This document shows positions 11,879 to 23,820 of a DNA stretch of 64,000 nucleotides, piece by piece. The translations under genes were made by a program, and so were the position numbers. Each line of letters starts with the position of its first letter. Within the stretch, counting starts at the first letter, position 1. This DNA is from an uncultured Acidobacteriota bacterium (GTDB taxonomy: Bacteria > Acidobacteriota > Terriglobia > UBA7540), in NCBI GenBank assembly GCA_963804995.1, contig CAWDSK010000009.1:160001-224000 (forward strand), in the 5' to 3' direction. The notes under the pieces are model-generated. The model saw only the letters and a list, made by a program, of their open reading frames with translations, had not been told where the DNA came from and did no database searches.

Positions 11879-13096
11879 TTACAGCCAGTCCCTCACCAGC
11901 TTCCGGTCGCCGAGATAAAGCTCGTTGGCCGAGTTGGGATCAAGCGCCCACTGAATGCGCTCCAGTCCTTCCGTAACATCCTTGATAGTGCCGCAGTAGC
12001 TGAGCCGCAAGTGACCTTCGAAACCGAATTCCTTGCCGGGCACCGCGACCACCCGCACTTTTTGCAGGAGGAAATTCGCGAGCTTCTGCGAATCCTTCAT
12101 ATAGGCACTGAAATCCGGGAAGCAATAGAACGTGCCCTCGGGCTTGTGGACCTTCACGCCCGGGATGGCCTCCAGGCGATCGATCATTACATTGCGATTG
12201 TTCTCGAGAGTCATGCGCAGGCTCTCGACAGACGATTGCACGCCGTTCAGCGCTCCCACGGCCGCCCATTGAGAGGGCGCCGCGGGGCCGGAAGTCTGCT
12301 GCGATTGGATGTTTCCCATCGCCTCGGCCAGCTCGGAGTTGGCGATGGCCCAGCCGATGCGGAAGCCGGTCATGGCGTAAGTCTTCGATACGCCGTTGAT
12401 GACCACCAGCTTCGATTGCTCGATCGGGGTCTCCGTGAAGTCGTAGCAGAGCGGCGCGCTGCGGCCGTCAAAAACCAGCCGGTTATAGATGTCGTCCATG
12501 ATCAGATAGAGGCTCTTCTTCTCGCAGAGCTCGACCATCTCGTGGATAAAGTCGCGTGAGTACATGGCCCCGGACGGGTTGTTGGGGCTGTTCAGAATAA
12601 TGGCCTTCGTATAAGAACCCACCGCGTCAGCAATTTCGCGCACGGTGGGATAGAACGTGCCGTCTTCCGCCGTCACCGGGATCGGCACGCCCCCGGCCAG
12701 CTTCACCATCTCCGGGTAGCTCACCCAGTAAGGTGCGGGAAAAATCACTTCTTCTTTGGGGTCGACAATCGCGAGCAGCAGCACCATAAGAGCTTGCTTG
12801 GCGCCACCTGAAACCAGAACGTTATCCGCCGAGACGAGCTTGTGATAATGCTCCTCCGTGTAGCGGACGACGGCCTTCTTCAAGGAAGGAATGCCATCCG
12901 GTGCCGTGTACCGAACTTCACCCGTGTTCAGCAGCGCCGTGCAGTTGATCACCGCATCGAGCGGCGCCTTGCTTTTCGGTTCACCCCCACCCAGGTGGAT
13001 GACGGGCTCGCCCTTTTCCCTGAGCAACGCGGCGGTTTCGTTCAGCTTCAGGGTGGGCGACTCACAGATGGATCTTGCTAGTTGACTTAAGCTCAT
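11879..13096 (-). CDS. Class I PLP-dependent (aspartate-type) aminotransferase
   Basis: PYWVSY, LNSPNNPSG, DDIY and the Schiff-base motif SKTYAMTGFRIGW. Confidence 0.93.
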   Translation of the reverse strand: MSLSQLARSICESPTLKLNETAALLREKGEPVIHLGGGEPKSKAPLDAVINCTALLNTGEVRYTAPDGIPSLKKAVVRYTEEHYHKLVSADNVLVSGGAKQALMVLLLAIVDPKEEVIFPAPYWVSYPEMVKLAGGVPIPVTAEDGTFYPTVREIADAVGSYTKAIILNSPNNPSGAMYSRDFIHEMVELCEKKSLYLIMDDIYNRLVFDGRSAPLCYDFTETPIEQSKLVVINGVSKTYAMTGFRIGWAIANSELAEAMGNIQSQQTSGPAAPSQWAAVGALNGVQSSVESLRMTLENNRNVMIDRLEAIPGVKVHKPEGTFYCFPDFSAYMKDSQKLANFLLQKVRVVAVPGKEFGFEGHLRLSYCGTIKDVTEGLERIQWALDPNSANELYLGDRKLVRDWL

Positions 13097-13781
13097 ATGC
13101 GTTCCTTCGCAAAGAGATTTTTCGAGCGGCCCCATAAAAGCACAATTTACTTTTTCATGCTAGAAGTGCATTTTTATAGGAACCATAACCATTTCGCAAG
13201 AAGACATAATGTCTCGATGCATTTAACGTGATGTTCCTGTGCGCATTACCTCATAGGTCTGGTGCAGGGCGGGACAAGCGCCGCCGGCACGGTCTACCAT
13301 CTGAAAGCTAGCCTATGCTATTGGCCCAGCGATGACGTTGCTGCCTTAACCCCTATCCCCACCTCGGCCGAAGGTCTGTCGATCTTTGTGGCGGCCGGGT
13401 AACTGGTCACGGCGCCTGGCATTTTGCTACGGGTGGCCACGGAAGTCGGTCGGCTCACACGCCAAGCAAACAGGTGAGGATAGTCTCCCGTCCGCGACAA
13501 TATATAGCAATTAATGGTCCCTTCAAAGACATAAAGTAGTAGGTGTCCTGATTCCTGTCCCGTTCCTGTCGGATCTGATGGTCGGCGCTACTTCACCCCA
13601 ACTTATGGCGTAATTCGTGTAATCTCGGCGAAAAACTCTGATTGATTGTTGTCAATCATCGCAAAACTCCGGAATTTTCTGCAAAAAGCTCGAATAATAG
13701 CCTGACATTTTGTCCCTTCTCCTGTGTTTTCATACACATCGCCGGATCGACCTTCATTTTTAACATCTCTACGGATCAGTG

Positions 13782-15726
13782 GGTTGTGTCAAGAATTTTT
13801 GTCCCCTAAGGCGATAACCCATTGAATTGCTGGGAGAAACTGGATTTTCTGCTTTCTCCCCCCTCCGGGTGCGCTTGACTAGGACGTTGGCGTGAGGTGC
13901 GGTCGGGTTGCCGCGCTTAAGTTCCTGGACGTAACTGCGTCGTGGGGCTTGACGGCAAACAAAAAGGGCGGTGAAGTCTCTCTTTCCCAATCCACCTTGT
14001 AGGGAACCCGCCAGGTTCCCGAGAGACTCACCGCCATGGGCAAGATACCACGATTGGTGCTTTGGCTCTGTAGGAAATTTACCCGCCAGGATTTGCAGGA
14101 ACTGGTCGAGCAACTGCAAGAGATTCTCGCCGGGCGCCAGCCCGAGCCTCAACCCCGCGACGACTTTCGCCAGCAGCATCCACACTATCGCGACTTCTAC
14201 GTTGACCCTCTGGCTCCCTTGACCCAGCCGCCTCCGGCACCTCGCACCTGGAACTGGCGGCAGTTGCTGGCTCAGTACCAGCGCCAGCACCGCCGACCGT
14301 TGGCTCCGATTCAGCGTTCTGGCGCCCACCCCCTGCCTCCCACTTGTCGTTGTGCCCACTGCGGCGCACCGCGCGACTTCCTCTACCTCAACGATGGCCG
14401 TCACGCCCGCCAACTGCGCTGCAAAGTCTGTGGCCGGCTGTCGCAAATCGCTCGTCGTCATCGCCCGACGAAAACTCCTTACTGGTGCCCCTACTGCGGC
14501 AGCTCCCTCTTCCGCTGGAAGCAGCGTGCCGATTGCACCATCTACAAATGTCCTGGCGAGCGTTGTCCTCACTATCTCCAGAAGCAGCAAGCCCTGCACT
14601 GGAACGAGAAGTTGCTCCAGAAGCTGCGCCGCACGCAGTTCAAGCTGCGTTACCAGTATCGCGAATACCACTTTCAACCCGCCCAACTGGCCCCCACCGC
14701 TCCCGATCCGCCCACCGTCGACCTCACCCGTCTGCATCGTTCTTCCGATGTCTTGGGCCTGGTGTTGGCCTTCCACATCTCTTTCGCCCTCTCCGCCCGC
14801 AAGACCGCCCAGGTCCTGCGGCAAGTCTTCGGCGTGCCTCTCAGCTACCAGTCCGTTCTCAACTATGCCCAGGCCGCCGCTTACTACTGCCACGCCTTCA
14901 ACCTCCGCTACAAAGCCCCGCTCAGCGCCACCGCCACCGGCGACGAGACTTATATTCGCGTCGCGGGGAAGCACCCATACACGTTCTTCTTTCTCGATCC
15001 CCAAGGGCATCGCATCACGTCCTATCACGTGGCGCCGGAGCGCGATGCCTTGGCCGCCACCGTGGCCCTGGGCGAGGCCGCGCGCACCTTGCCCGAAGAT
15101 CAGGCCCTGCGTTTCATCACCGACGGCAACCCCGCTTATCAGGCCGGCGTACACTTCCTCAACGCTCACCGCACCGCTTCCCAACCTCCCCATACCTTGC
15201 GGCAGGTCATCGGCCTGGAAAACCTCAACGCGGTCTCCAAGGAATTCCGCCCCTTCAAGCAACTCATCGAACGTCTCAATCGCACCTACAAATACCACGT
15301 CCGCCCGGCTTGCGGCTTTGCCACGCGCAACGGCGCCGTGGCCCTCACCACCCTGTTCGTCACCCACTACAACTTCCTTCGCCCCCATCTGGCCCTGGGC
15401 TACCGCGTACCCATCCCCTTGCCGGAGTTGAGTTCCCTCACCACCTTGCAAGGCCAGTGGAACAAGATCCTCGCTCTCGCCCTGGCGGCCTGAGCCCGGT
15501 GGGAGTAAACTTCGCGGTGGCCGGGGCGGAGGATAGGGCTCCGCAGGGATGCGACCTGAGCGCCGACCCCGGGGCCGAGATCGGTCGGGAGCGAGCCCCA
15601 CTCGCTCCCCCAGTCCAGACCCATCTTGGCACCAAAGCGATAAATCCTGGGGGTCTGGGGGCAAATCCCCCAGCTCTACCCACCTCCCGACCCTTCATTA
15701 CCTTTCATAAAACTTTTGACAGAACC
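13782..15726 (+). mobile_element. IS6-like insertion sequence, 1945 bp
   Basis: Left end GGTTGTGTCAAGAATTTT, right end (reverse complement) GGTTCTGTCAAAAGTTTT. Flanks GATCAGTG and GATCAGCG fit an 8-bp target duplication with one mismatch. Confidence 0.85.
14036..15493 (+). CDS. DDE transposase with N-terminal Cys-rich zinc-ribbon region
   Basis: GDETYIRV, ITDGNPAY and IERLNRTYK catalytic motifs; several CxxC pairs. Confidence 0.92.
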   Translation: MGKIPRLVLWLCRKFTRQDLQELVEQLQEILAGRQPEPQPRDDFRQQHPHYRDFYVDPLAPLTQPPPAPRTWNWRQLLAQYQRQHRRPLAPIQRSGAHPLPPTCRCAHCGAPRDFLYLNDGRHARQLRCKVCGRLSQIARRHRPTKTPYWCPYCGSSLFRWKQRADCTIYKCPGERCPHYLQKQQALHWNEKLLQKLRRTQFKLRYQYREYHFQPAQLAPTAPDPPTVDLTRLHRSSDVLGLVLAFHISFALSARKTAQVLRQVFGVPLSYQSVLNYAQAAAYYCHAFNLRYKAPLSATATGDETYIRVAGKHPYTFFFLDPQGHRITSYHVAPERDALAATVALGEAARTLPEDQALRFITDGNPAYQAGVHFLNAHRTASQPPHTLRQVIGLENLNAVSKEFRPFKQLIERLNRTYKYHVRPACGFATRNGAVALTTLFVTHYNFLRPHLALGYRVPIPLPELSSLTTLQGQWNKILALALAA

Positions 15727-15878
15727 GATCAGCGCCCCGTTCTGGACGTTTGTCGACGTGTTCGTGAGGTGCAATGGCCAATTTAGTTGGAACGCCTCCC
15801 GTGCCAAAACGAAACTCTCCGTGTCCTCCCTAACGCAACACCGCAAATTCTTTTTTTGGCATGAGTTTTGAATTTCAC

Positions 15879-15928
15879 GTAGGGCCGACGCTCGCGTCGG
15901 CCTTGGCCGGGGCGAGCCCCGGCCCTAC
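15879..15928. repeat. GTAG-type REP hairpin
   Basis: GTAGGGCCGACGCTCGCGTCGGCC...GGCCCTAC; related copies at 23773-23820 and about 48526-48572. Confidence 0.7.
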
Positions 15929-16194
15929 AAAACCGTAGGGGAATCTGGTTCCCATGTTGGGTGGCGGCTCTGCCCCGCTGCGCCTCTCAAGCCTTAACAC
16001 CGAGCGCCCATACCATCTCCGTGACCTCCGCGTTAAAGCTCGTCTGGACACATCGGGGCGCTACGCTTCCTCAACTCTATTGTGCGCCCCATCGACTGGG
16101 GTAAGTCAATACCCCGACGTACGATTTGGGCTACCGGTAGCCCCAAAATGCAAGGAGAGCAGCGGATTGTCCGAAAAAAATGCCATGGGCATCC

Positions 16195-16322
16195 GAAGCT
16201 GTGAAAAAATCCCATCAAACCTTTCACCGCGGAGACGCGGAGGCGCAGAGGTTTGAAAACAAAGGGCCATTTCTCTGCGTCTCAGCGACTCAGCGGTGAA
16301 AATGGTATTTTTTCACACCTTC
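16195..16322. mobile_element. MITE-like element, copy 2
   Basis: Terminal inverted repeats GAAGCTGTGAAAAAAT / ATTTTTTCACACCTTC, TCC on both flanks, internal CACCGC...GCGGTG hairpin. Confidence 0.72.
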
Positions 16323-16338
16323 TCCTGCCCGTGACCCC

Positions 16339-16695
16339 TTACCGCATGTGCAGACGATGTGCGGGCAGGCTGGGCAGGCGCAACACGGAGGATTCCCAAC
16401 TTTCGGGGACGGGTGTCCAATCGCGCGAGAAGAAGTCGGAGGTGGTCAAGCTGATCAAGATAGCCAGCCAAAGCAGGGAGGAAAGTATCACCACGCGCAT
16501 CACGTAAGAACTCCAGCGCAAGTGCATGAAGAACAGGAGGACCAGCGTGGCTTTGCAACTGGCGATGATGAGGGCCACGATGGTGTTCCACACGCCCAGG
16601 TCGACGTACGCCATGCCCGTGGTCAGAGCCGTCAGCCCCAGCAGCGAGCCGAAAATCAGGAGATAGGTTTTCACCGGAACCACATGACCCAGCAT
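16339..16695 (-). CDS. Cytochrome c oxidase subunit IV family protein
   Basis: Three TM helices, 'KATLVLLFFMHL'; last gene of the cox operon. Confidence 0.9.
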   Translation of the reverse strand: MLGHVVPVKTYLLIFGSLLGLTALTTGMAYVDLGVWNTIVALIIASCKATLVLLFFMHLRWSSYVMRVVILSSLLWLAILISLTTSDFFSRDWTPVPESWESSVLRLPSLPAHRLHMR

Positions 16696-17344
16696 TCAGT
16701 AACGCCCTCCAATCAAGTACAAAAGCGGGAAGAGGAAAATCCAAACGATGTCGACGAAGTGCCAGTAGAGGCCTGCGGTCTCTACGGCGTTGTAATGCAG
16801 CGGGCCGTAGCGGCCCCTCCAGGCCTGCACCACCAGTACGCTGAGGACTCCCAAGCCGATCACCATGTGCAGCGCGTGCACGCCCGTCATGAGGAAATAG
16901 AAGCAGAAGAAAAGCTCGACTGCCTTGGCGTGGGGGCCGCTGAAGGTGAAGTTCAGGCCGGGCGCAAAGCCTTCGAGATAATCGTGATGCCACTCGAGGG
17001 TCAGCTTGATAACGACGAACGCCAAGCCCAGCGCCATGGTCAGGAGCAGGAAGGTCACGATCGCCTTGCGCTTGCCCAATTGCGCGGCACGCACCGCCAG
17101 GGCCATGGTCAAGCTGCTGCAAATCAATACCACCGTGTTGATGGCGCCGATGGTGACGTTCAGCAGGTGGCTGCCTTCAATGAATCCGGGCTGGTAGAGC
17201 TTGCGGTAGATCGTATAACCCGCAAAGAGCCCACCGAAGAACATCACTTCGGTGGCGAGGAAGACCCACATGCCGAGGCTGGCGGCCTCGTGCTGCTGCT
17301 CCAGATCCTCGAATTGGTGCGCCGGTGCGCCCATGGCATGAGCC

Positions 17345-17352
<8 letters not shown>
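16696..17352 (-). CDS. ctaE: Cytochrome c oxidase subunit III
   Basis: [21 protein letters not shown] and [12 protein letters not shown] start overlaps the subunit I stop. Confidence 0.93.
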
Positions 17353-18966
<1,614 letters not shown>

Positions 18967-18967
<1 letters not shown>

Positions 18968-19908
18968 TATTTCGGCGCCTTCCCTTCTTCCTTGCTCAAA
19001 GACTTGATGTAGGCAATTAATTGCAACAACTGTTCTTCCGTCACCTGGCCCTTGTAGGTGGGCATGATGGGTGGGTAGCCCGCCACGATTTTGACGGAGG
19101 GATAGATGACCGACTCGCGCAGGTAGGCGTCATCCGCCACTACCGTCGAGCCGTCGGCGAGTTTCACCGGCTTGCCGTAAATGTTATTCAGGGAGGGCGC
19201 CCGGCCGGTTCCGTGGCAGGTGATGCAAGCGAGTTGGTCGTAAAGCTTGGCGCCGGCCTGCGACATGGACTCACCGCGGATGCCGCCGCTTACCCACTGC
19301 TCGTAATCGATGGGCTCCATCACAATGACCTCGCCCAGCATCCGGGCGTGGTTGGTGCCGCAATACTGGTCGCAAAAGAGGTGAAACCTGCCAGTCTGGG
19401 TCGCCTGAAACCACAGCGTCGTGTACATGCCCGGCACCACATCCTTCTTGATACGGAAGGCGGGGACGGAGAAATCGTGAATGACATCCTCGGAGGTCAT
19501 GGTCAACTTGATGGGCCGGTTGACGGGCACGTGCAGCTCATTGATCTCCGCCAGGCCCTCAGGATGCTGGATCTTCCACATCCACTGCTTGCCCACCACG
19601 AAAATCTCCGTGGCCGCCGCCGGGGGACGTGAATTCCGGATGAACAGGCTGGTTCCCCAGAGGAAGACCACCACCACCAGCACCAGGGGAATCGCCGTCC
19701 ACAGAAGCTCCAGCGGAATGTTGCCTTCGATTTGCTTGGGCTGGTCCTGCTCCGAACGGCGCCGGTAACGAAGCGCGAAATAAAAGATAGTGAGAAAAAT
19801 TACCGCGGTAAAGAAAAGGTCGATGGCAGTGAGGAAGTAGTAGAGATGATCCACACCGCGCGCGATGGTGGAAGCTTGTTCCGGCCTAATGGGGATGCCT
19901 TGCAACAT
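18967..19908 (-). CDS. coxB: Cytochrome c oxidase subunit II with fused cytochrome c
   Basis: CuA ligands DVIH and [10 protein letters not shown]-terminal CITCH heme motif. Confidence 0.95.
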
Positions 19909-19916
19909 TCTTCACC

Positions 19917-20040
19917 TTTGGCATTTTGGATTTTGGAGGGCTTGAGCTTTCAGCGATCAGCTTTCAGCTAAAGTGTTGGCTGACCGCTGAGCGCTGATAG
20001 GTTCTTGAATCCAAAATCCAAAATCTAAAATCAAAAATCC
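19917..20040. repeat. Nested heptamer-repeat inverted arrays
   Basis: (ATTTTGG)n and (AAAATCC)n enclose (TTTCAGC)n and (GCTGANN)n runs; overlaps the SCO stop. Confidence 0.78.
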
Positions 20041-20906
20041 AGCCGCCGCCCGCCTCGCGAAAGGGCAAAAATCAAAGTCCCCAGCGAGAGGACAGTAATA
20101 AATCCCGCTATCCGCAGGATGTGGGCAATGACGTAGCCATACTTGCCGGTCGCCGGATCGTATTGGCAGCAATAAAGCAAGACGGCATCCACGGCATTCC
20201 CGATCTTCTCGTTGGAAGCTTCCACCAGCGCCAGCCGCACGTCACGCGACACATACTGAATCCCGTAGAAATAGCGCGATATCTTCCCTTGCGGCGTCAG
20301 CACCATGATCCCTGTGGCGTGCGCGAACTGCCGGGTTTGGGGATCGTAGTTGTAATGGAATCCCACCGCGCGCGTGAGGGTCCGGATCGAAGGTTCGTCG
20401 CCCACCAGGAAGTGCCAGCCGTGCCGGGCGCCCGGCCGTCCATAAAGCCCCGCGTAAATTCCTTTCTTCGCGGTCGCGTACTCAGGCTTGTCACTGGGAT
20501 CAAAGCTTACCGTCACCACTTCAAACTGCTCTCCGATGTTGAACCTCACGTCCCGCAACGCGTTCAGGAGCCCGTTCTCCGCCATCGTGCACAGCATCGG
20601 GCAAGTGTAATAAACCAGCGACAGGATCACGGGCCGCTTGCCGAAGTACGATCCCAGCTTCACCGTCTGGCCCGTCTCATCGCGAAAGAGCAAATCCAGC
20701 GGAACCTGCTCATTCAAACGCTGGTCGATTCCCACGCCACGTAACTGCGGTGGGATAACGGAGGCGTTGTCTTGTGCGCCTGCCGCTACAGTGAGACCAA
20801 ACAGCAAAACGCTGAGCTGTGCGGCCAGCAGCCCGCGGCGAAGTAACCTTGACTCGGAGGTTCGGGTCAGGCGCGGGCTGGTCGTTCCCTGGGGGACAAC
20901 TGACAT
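20031..20906 (-). CDS. SCO/SenC family copper chaperone
   Basis: YYTCPMLC motif, FAH, C-terminal TM helix; directly upstream of coxB. Confidence 0.9.
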   Translation of the reverse strand: MSVVPQGTTSPRLTRTSESRLLRRGLLAAQLSVLLFGLTVAAGAQDNASVIPPQLRGVGIDQRLNEQVPLDLLFRDETGQTVKLGSYFGKRPVILSLVYYTCPMLCTMAENGLLNALRDVRFNIGEQFEVVTVSFDPSDKPEYATAKKGIYAGLYGRPGARHGWHFLVGDEPSIRTLTRAVGFHYNYDPQTRQFAHATGIMVLTPQGKISRYFYGIQYVSRDVRLALVEASNEKIGNAVDAVLLYCCQYDPATGKYGYVIAHILRIAGFITVLSLGTLIFALSRGGRRLDF

Positions 20907-20908
20907 GT

Positions 20909-21394
20909 TCAATTCTTCCCTTCCCCGCCGGCGGGTGCGAGCGTCGCCGCGCGACTTGCGGGCGCCGCCCCCGGCTGAGGCACCTTGGTCTTGCCGCCCT
21001 CCGTCGGGGCAGCGCTTCGAACCGGATAGCCTTTTTGCAAGAGGATCTCCATGGCGCGGTCAATCGGAATCCTCACCGTGCCGGCATCGCGGTCAACCCA
21101 GCCGTAGCTTTTCAGGATCGCGTCTTGCTCCGTGTGGTAGCGCTTTAAGTCCTCCGGCGCTGTAACCTGTAAGCGCGGCTCCGGGGGAAGCGACCGGGTA
21201 TTCTCAAAGGGCGAAGCCGGCGGCCCTAGCGGCTGGTGCCGGACAAAAAAGTGGAACACCACGGCGCTCGCTACCACGCCGAAGATTACGAGTCCCGCCA
21301 CGCCCGCGGCAAAGGCGAACAAACGTCTCACACTTACGTCGTCGTCTTCATAGCCGCGCCGGGGTTGATCCGGTCCTTTGACAACTTCAGACAT
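20909..21394 (-). CDS. Single-TM membrane protein of ACIII/cox operons (ActG-like)
   Basis: TM helix, PPEPRLQ and 'SYGWVDR...RIPIDRAM'; sits between actF and SCO. Confidence 0.75.
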   Translation of the reverse strand: MSEVVKGPDQPRRGYEDDDVSVRRLFAFAAGVAGLVIFGVVASAVVFHFFVRHQPLGPPASPFENTRSLPPEPRLQVTAPEDLKRYHTEQDAILKSYGWVDRDAGTVRIPIDRAMEILLQKGYPVRSAAPTEGGKTKVPQPGAAPASRAATLAPAGGEGKN

Positions 21395-21457
21395 GAAGTG
21401 TGCCTTTCTTTATTGCTAGACACTATCCATTAGCCACTAACCACTGCCTTTGAGCGT

Positions 21458-22630
21458 TCATCCATGTTGCGCCATTTCCTTCAATCGCGGATCGTGCAGC
21501 GGCAACAGAGGCCGCCCTTTCAGTTGCCCTGCAAATTGCCACGTCCACAGCCCACCCATCCCGAGGATCGCCAGCCAATCCGTAATGTGAAACTCTGGCC
21601 CCGCGCGCTCGAAGGCAGGTACCGTCAGCCAGAAGATGTCCACCAGGCTCATCAACAGCAGCCCTGCCGCCAGCCAGCCCAGGACCTGGGCGCGGCGTTT
21701 GACAAACCGCGAGAGCAACAGCAGAAACGGCACAGCGAAGTGGAAGATGATCAGCACCACAGCCACGCCGACCCAAGCTCCCTTGGCGCGCGTCATGTAC
21801 CAGGGAATTTCCTCACGCAAGTTTCCGGCCCAGATAATCAGAAATTGTGAAAACGACAGGTACGCCCATAGCATGGTGAAGGTCAGCAACAGGTTGCCGT
21901 AGTCGTGCAGAACCTGCGGAGTAACCAAGCCCTCGAACGGCTTTTGTTTGGCAAGCAGGATTACCGTGAACGTCACGAGCGACATCGCTGCCAGCGCTTC
22001 CGTGACCATGAAAATCATGCCGTAGATCGTCGAAAACCAATGCGGCTTGAGGGACATGACCCAATCCACCGAGGCGAAGGTTGCGGTCAAACCATAAATC
22101 GCCAAGCCAGGGGCGCTCAGGTTCTGCATGCGGCGCACTAGCCCCGGGTCGCCTCCCTCATCCTGCTGACGAGACCATTTGGTCAGGAGGTAGGTAATGA
22201 GAATCCAGGCGGCAAAGTAAAATACCGTGCGCGCGATGAAGAACGGCGCGTTGAGATAAGGATGCTTGTACTGGAGCAGAGCATCGGCGTTGACCTGGTT
22301 CGGATCGGCCCAACTATAGAGAACCGGCAATCGGAACAGAATGGGGAGAAATAGCACCGCCATCAGTAGGAAGGTTTTCGTACCGGATTCGAGCACGCGT
22401 TGGATCGAGAATCCCCACCGGCCACCGGTCATGTGGTGGAGCATCAGCAGCGCTGAGCAGCCCAAGGGCAAACTGATCCAGAAAATGAAGGCCACGAGAT
22501 AAGACCGCAAGAACTGCGTGGGATTGCCCCAGGCGGTGAGCACGCACAGCACCAGCGCCCCCACGCCCACCATCAGCGCCGTTCTCTGTAGGCGATCGAA
22601 TCCGCTCGGGGATGTTTCCGACGTGCTCAT
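21458..22630 (-). CDS. actF: Alternative complex III subunit F (polytopic membrane protein)
   Basis: About 10 TM helices, DWVMSL.PHWFST and FSQFLIIWAGN; synteny. Confidence 0.87.
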   Translation of the reverse strand: MSTSETSPSGFDRLQRTALMVGVGALVLCVLTAWGNPTQFLRSYLVAFIFWISLPLGCSALLMLHHMTGGRWGFSIQRVLESGTKTFLLMAVLFLPILFRLPVLYSWADPNQVNADALLQYKHPYLNAPFFIARTVFYFAAWILITYLLTKWSRQQDEGGDPGLVRRMQNLSAPGLAIYGLTATFASVDWVMSLKPHWFSTIYGMIFMVTEALAAMSLVTFTVILLAKQKPFEGLVTPQVLHDYGNLLLTFTMLWAYLSFSQFLIIWAGNLREEIPWYMTRAKGAWVGVAVVLIIFHFAVPFLLLLSRFVKRRAQVLGWLAAGLLLMSLVDIFWLTVPAFERAGPEFHITDWLAILGMGGLWTWQFAGQLKGRPLLPLHDPRLKEMAQHG

Positions 22631-23235
22631 TTCGCTCCGCTTGTTAGTTGTTGCCGCTCTTCCGCCGGGACATTATCCATTGTCGCGTGCTGGCTTAATT
22701 GCAGCGCCCGGATATAGGCCACGATCGCCCAACGATCTTCCGGCGTGATTCTGGCCGCGTAACTGTACATAGCGCCGTAACCGTTGGTGATGACTTCAAA
22801 GAAATGACCCGCCGGCGCGTTTCGCAGGCGATCAAGGTGATAGGAGGGTGGAGGCGGAAAGCCGCGCTGCACAATCATCCCGCGCCCGCTGCCGGTGAAA
22901 TCGTGGCACGGGGCGCAGAAGATGTTATAACGCGCGCGCCCGCGTTCCAGCACCTGCCGTGTGATCGGGAACGGAAACTGGTCAGCCGCTACCCCGTTGA
23001 CGTGGCCCGTGTAGAGCAGTTCGTCGGTGCGCATGTGCCCGCGCGCCACGGTATCAGGAACCTGTGGACGGTTGGCGCGGCCATCCTCGAAGAACTTGCT
23101 GCCCTCGTCGGGTTTGTATTTCGGCTGCATGTGCATGTTGAGCCGGCATCCCAGCAAACAGAGGCTTGCCAGGGCCACCAGCGCCAATCGGACGCCCGCT
23201 TGAAAGGTGCGGCTTTCCAAGTCCCTACGACTCAA
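22627..23235 (-). CDS. actE: Alternative complex III monoheme cytochrome c lipoprotein
   Basis: LLGC lipobox-like site, MHMQPKY, CAPCH, 'DRWAIVAYIRALQ'. Confidence 0.88.
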   Translation of the reverse strand: MSRRDLESRTFQAGVRLALVALASLCLLGCRLNMHMQPKYKPDEGSKFFEDGRANRPQVPDTVARGHMRTDELLYTGHVNGVAADQFPFPITRQVLERGRARYNIFCAPCHDFTGSGRGMIVQRGFPPPPSYHLDRLRNAPAGHFFEVITNGYGAMYSYAARITPEDRWAIVAYIRALQLSQHATMDNVPAEERQQLTSGAK

Positions 23236-23762
23236 TTTCTGCCACCTCGCGAGCGTTCAAGCTTTGCATAAATTCACGGGTTTTCTGGACGTTCGAACTT
23301 CGGGTCACGCGCTTTGATGCAAAGGAAAAACCGGTTGCGCGTGGCCAGTTCGAAGCGCGGCACGTTGAATACGGGATGGTAAGGCGTCGGCAATCCGTTG
23401 AGCAGCAGCATCCCGAAAACCGTCGCCAGCCCGGCGCACAAAACTGTTAACTCAAAGGTGATGGGGATGAAGGACGGCCAACTGTTGTAGGGTTTCCCGC
23501 CGATGTTGAGGGGATAACCGATTACGTTGGGCCACCATTGCAGGAAAAGCCCGCCGAAGCAGCCGATCAATCCGCCGATTAGGCAGATAAGTGGCACGGC
23601 CGTTTTGTGGAAGCCGATAGCCTCCGCCAGGCCCTCCACCGGGAATGGCGTGAAGGCGTCCATCTGGCGATAGCCGGCCTCGCGGGCGCGATGCGCGGCG
23701 CTCAGCAGGTCGTCCGTGGTATCGAATTCAGCCATCAGGCCGTAAAGCGGATGTCTCTTCAT
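23225..23762 (-). CDS. actD: Alternative complex III subunit D (DUF3341-like), +1 frameshift near 23292
   Basis: [18 protein letters not shown] and FIPITFEL. Removing one base restores the tail [23 protein letters not shown]. Confidence 0.87.
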
Positions 23763-23772
23763 CACGTTCTGT

Positions 23773-23820
23773 GTAGGGGCGGACGGCGCCCGCCCCGGGC
23801 TGAACACCGTTCGGCCCTAC
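23773..23820. repeat. GTAG-type REP at the actC/actD junction
   Basis: GTAGGGGCGGACGG...GGCCCTAC; its CTAC end contains the actC stop codon. Confidence 0.65.

Noticed and set aside
13140..13780. Possible gene or ncRNA upstream of the aminotransferase, including the palindrome TGATTGA-N6-TCAATCA
   Set aside because: Only a 60-aa ORF without motifs and one isolated palindrome; not enough support to call.
13769..15786. Long alternative ORFs (631, 480 and 359 aa) over the IS
   Set aside because: Antisense or off-frame shadows of the transposase with low-complexity composition.
15857..15875. sigma54-like TTGGCATGAGTTTTGAA
   Set aside because: The -12 element is GA rather than GC and no gene follows on that strand.
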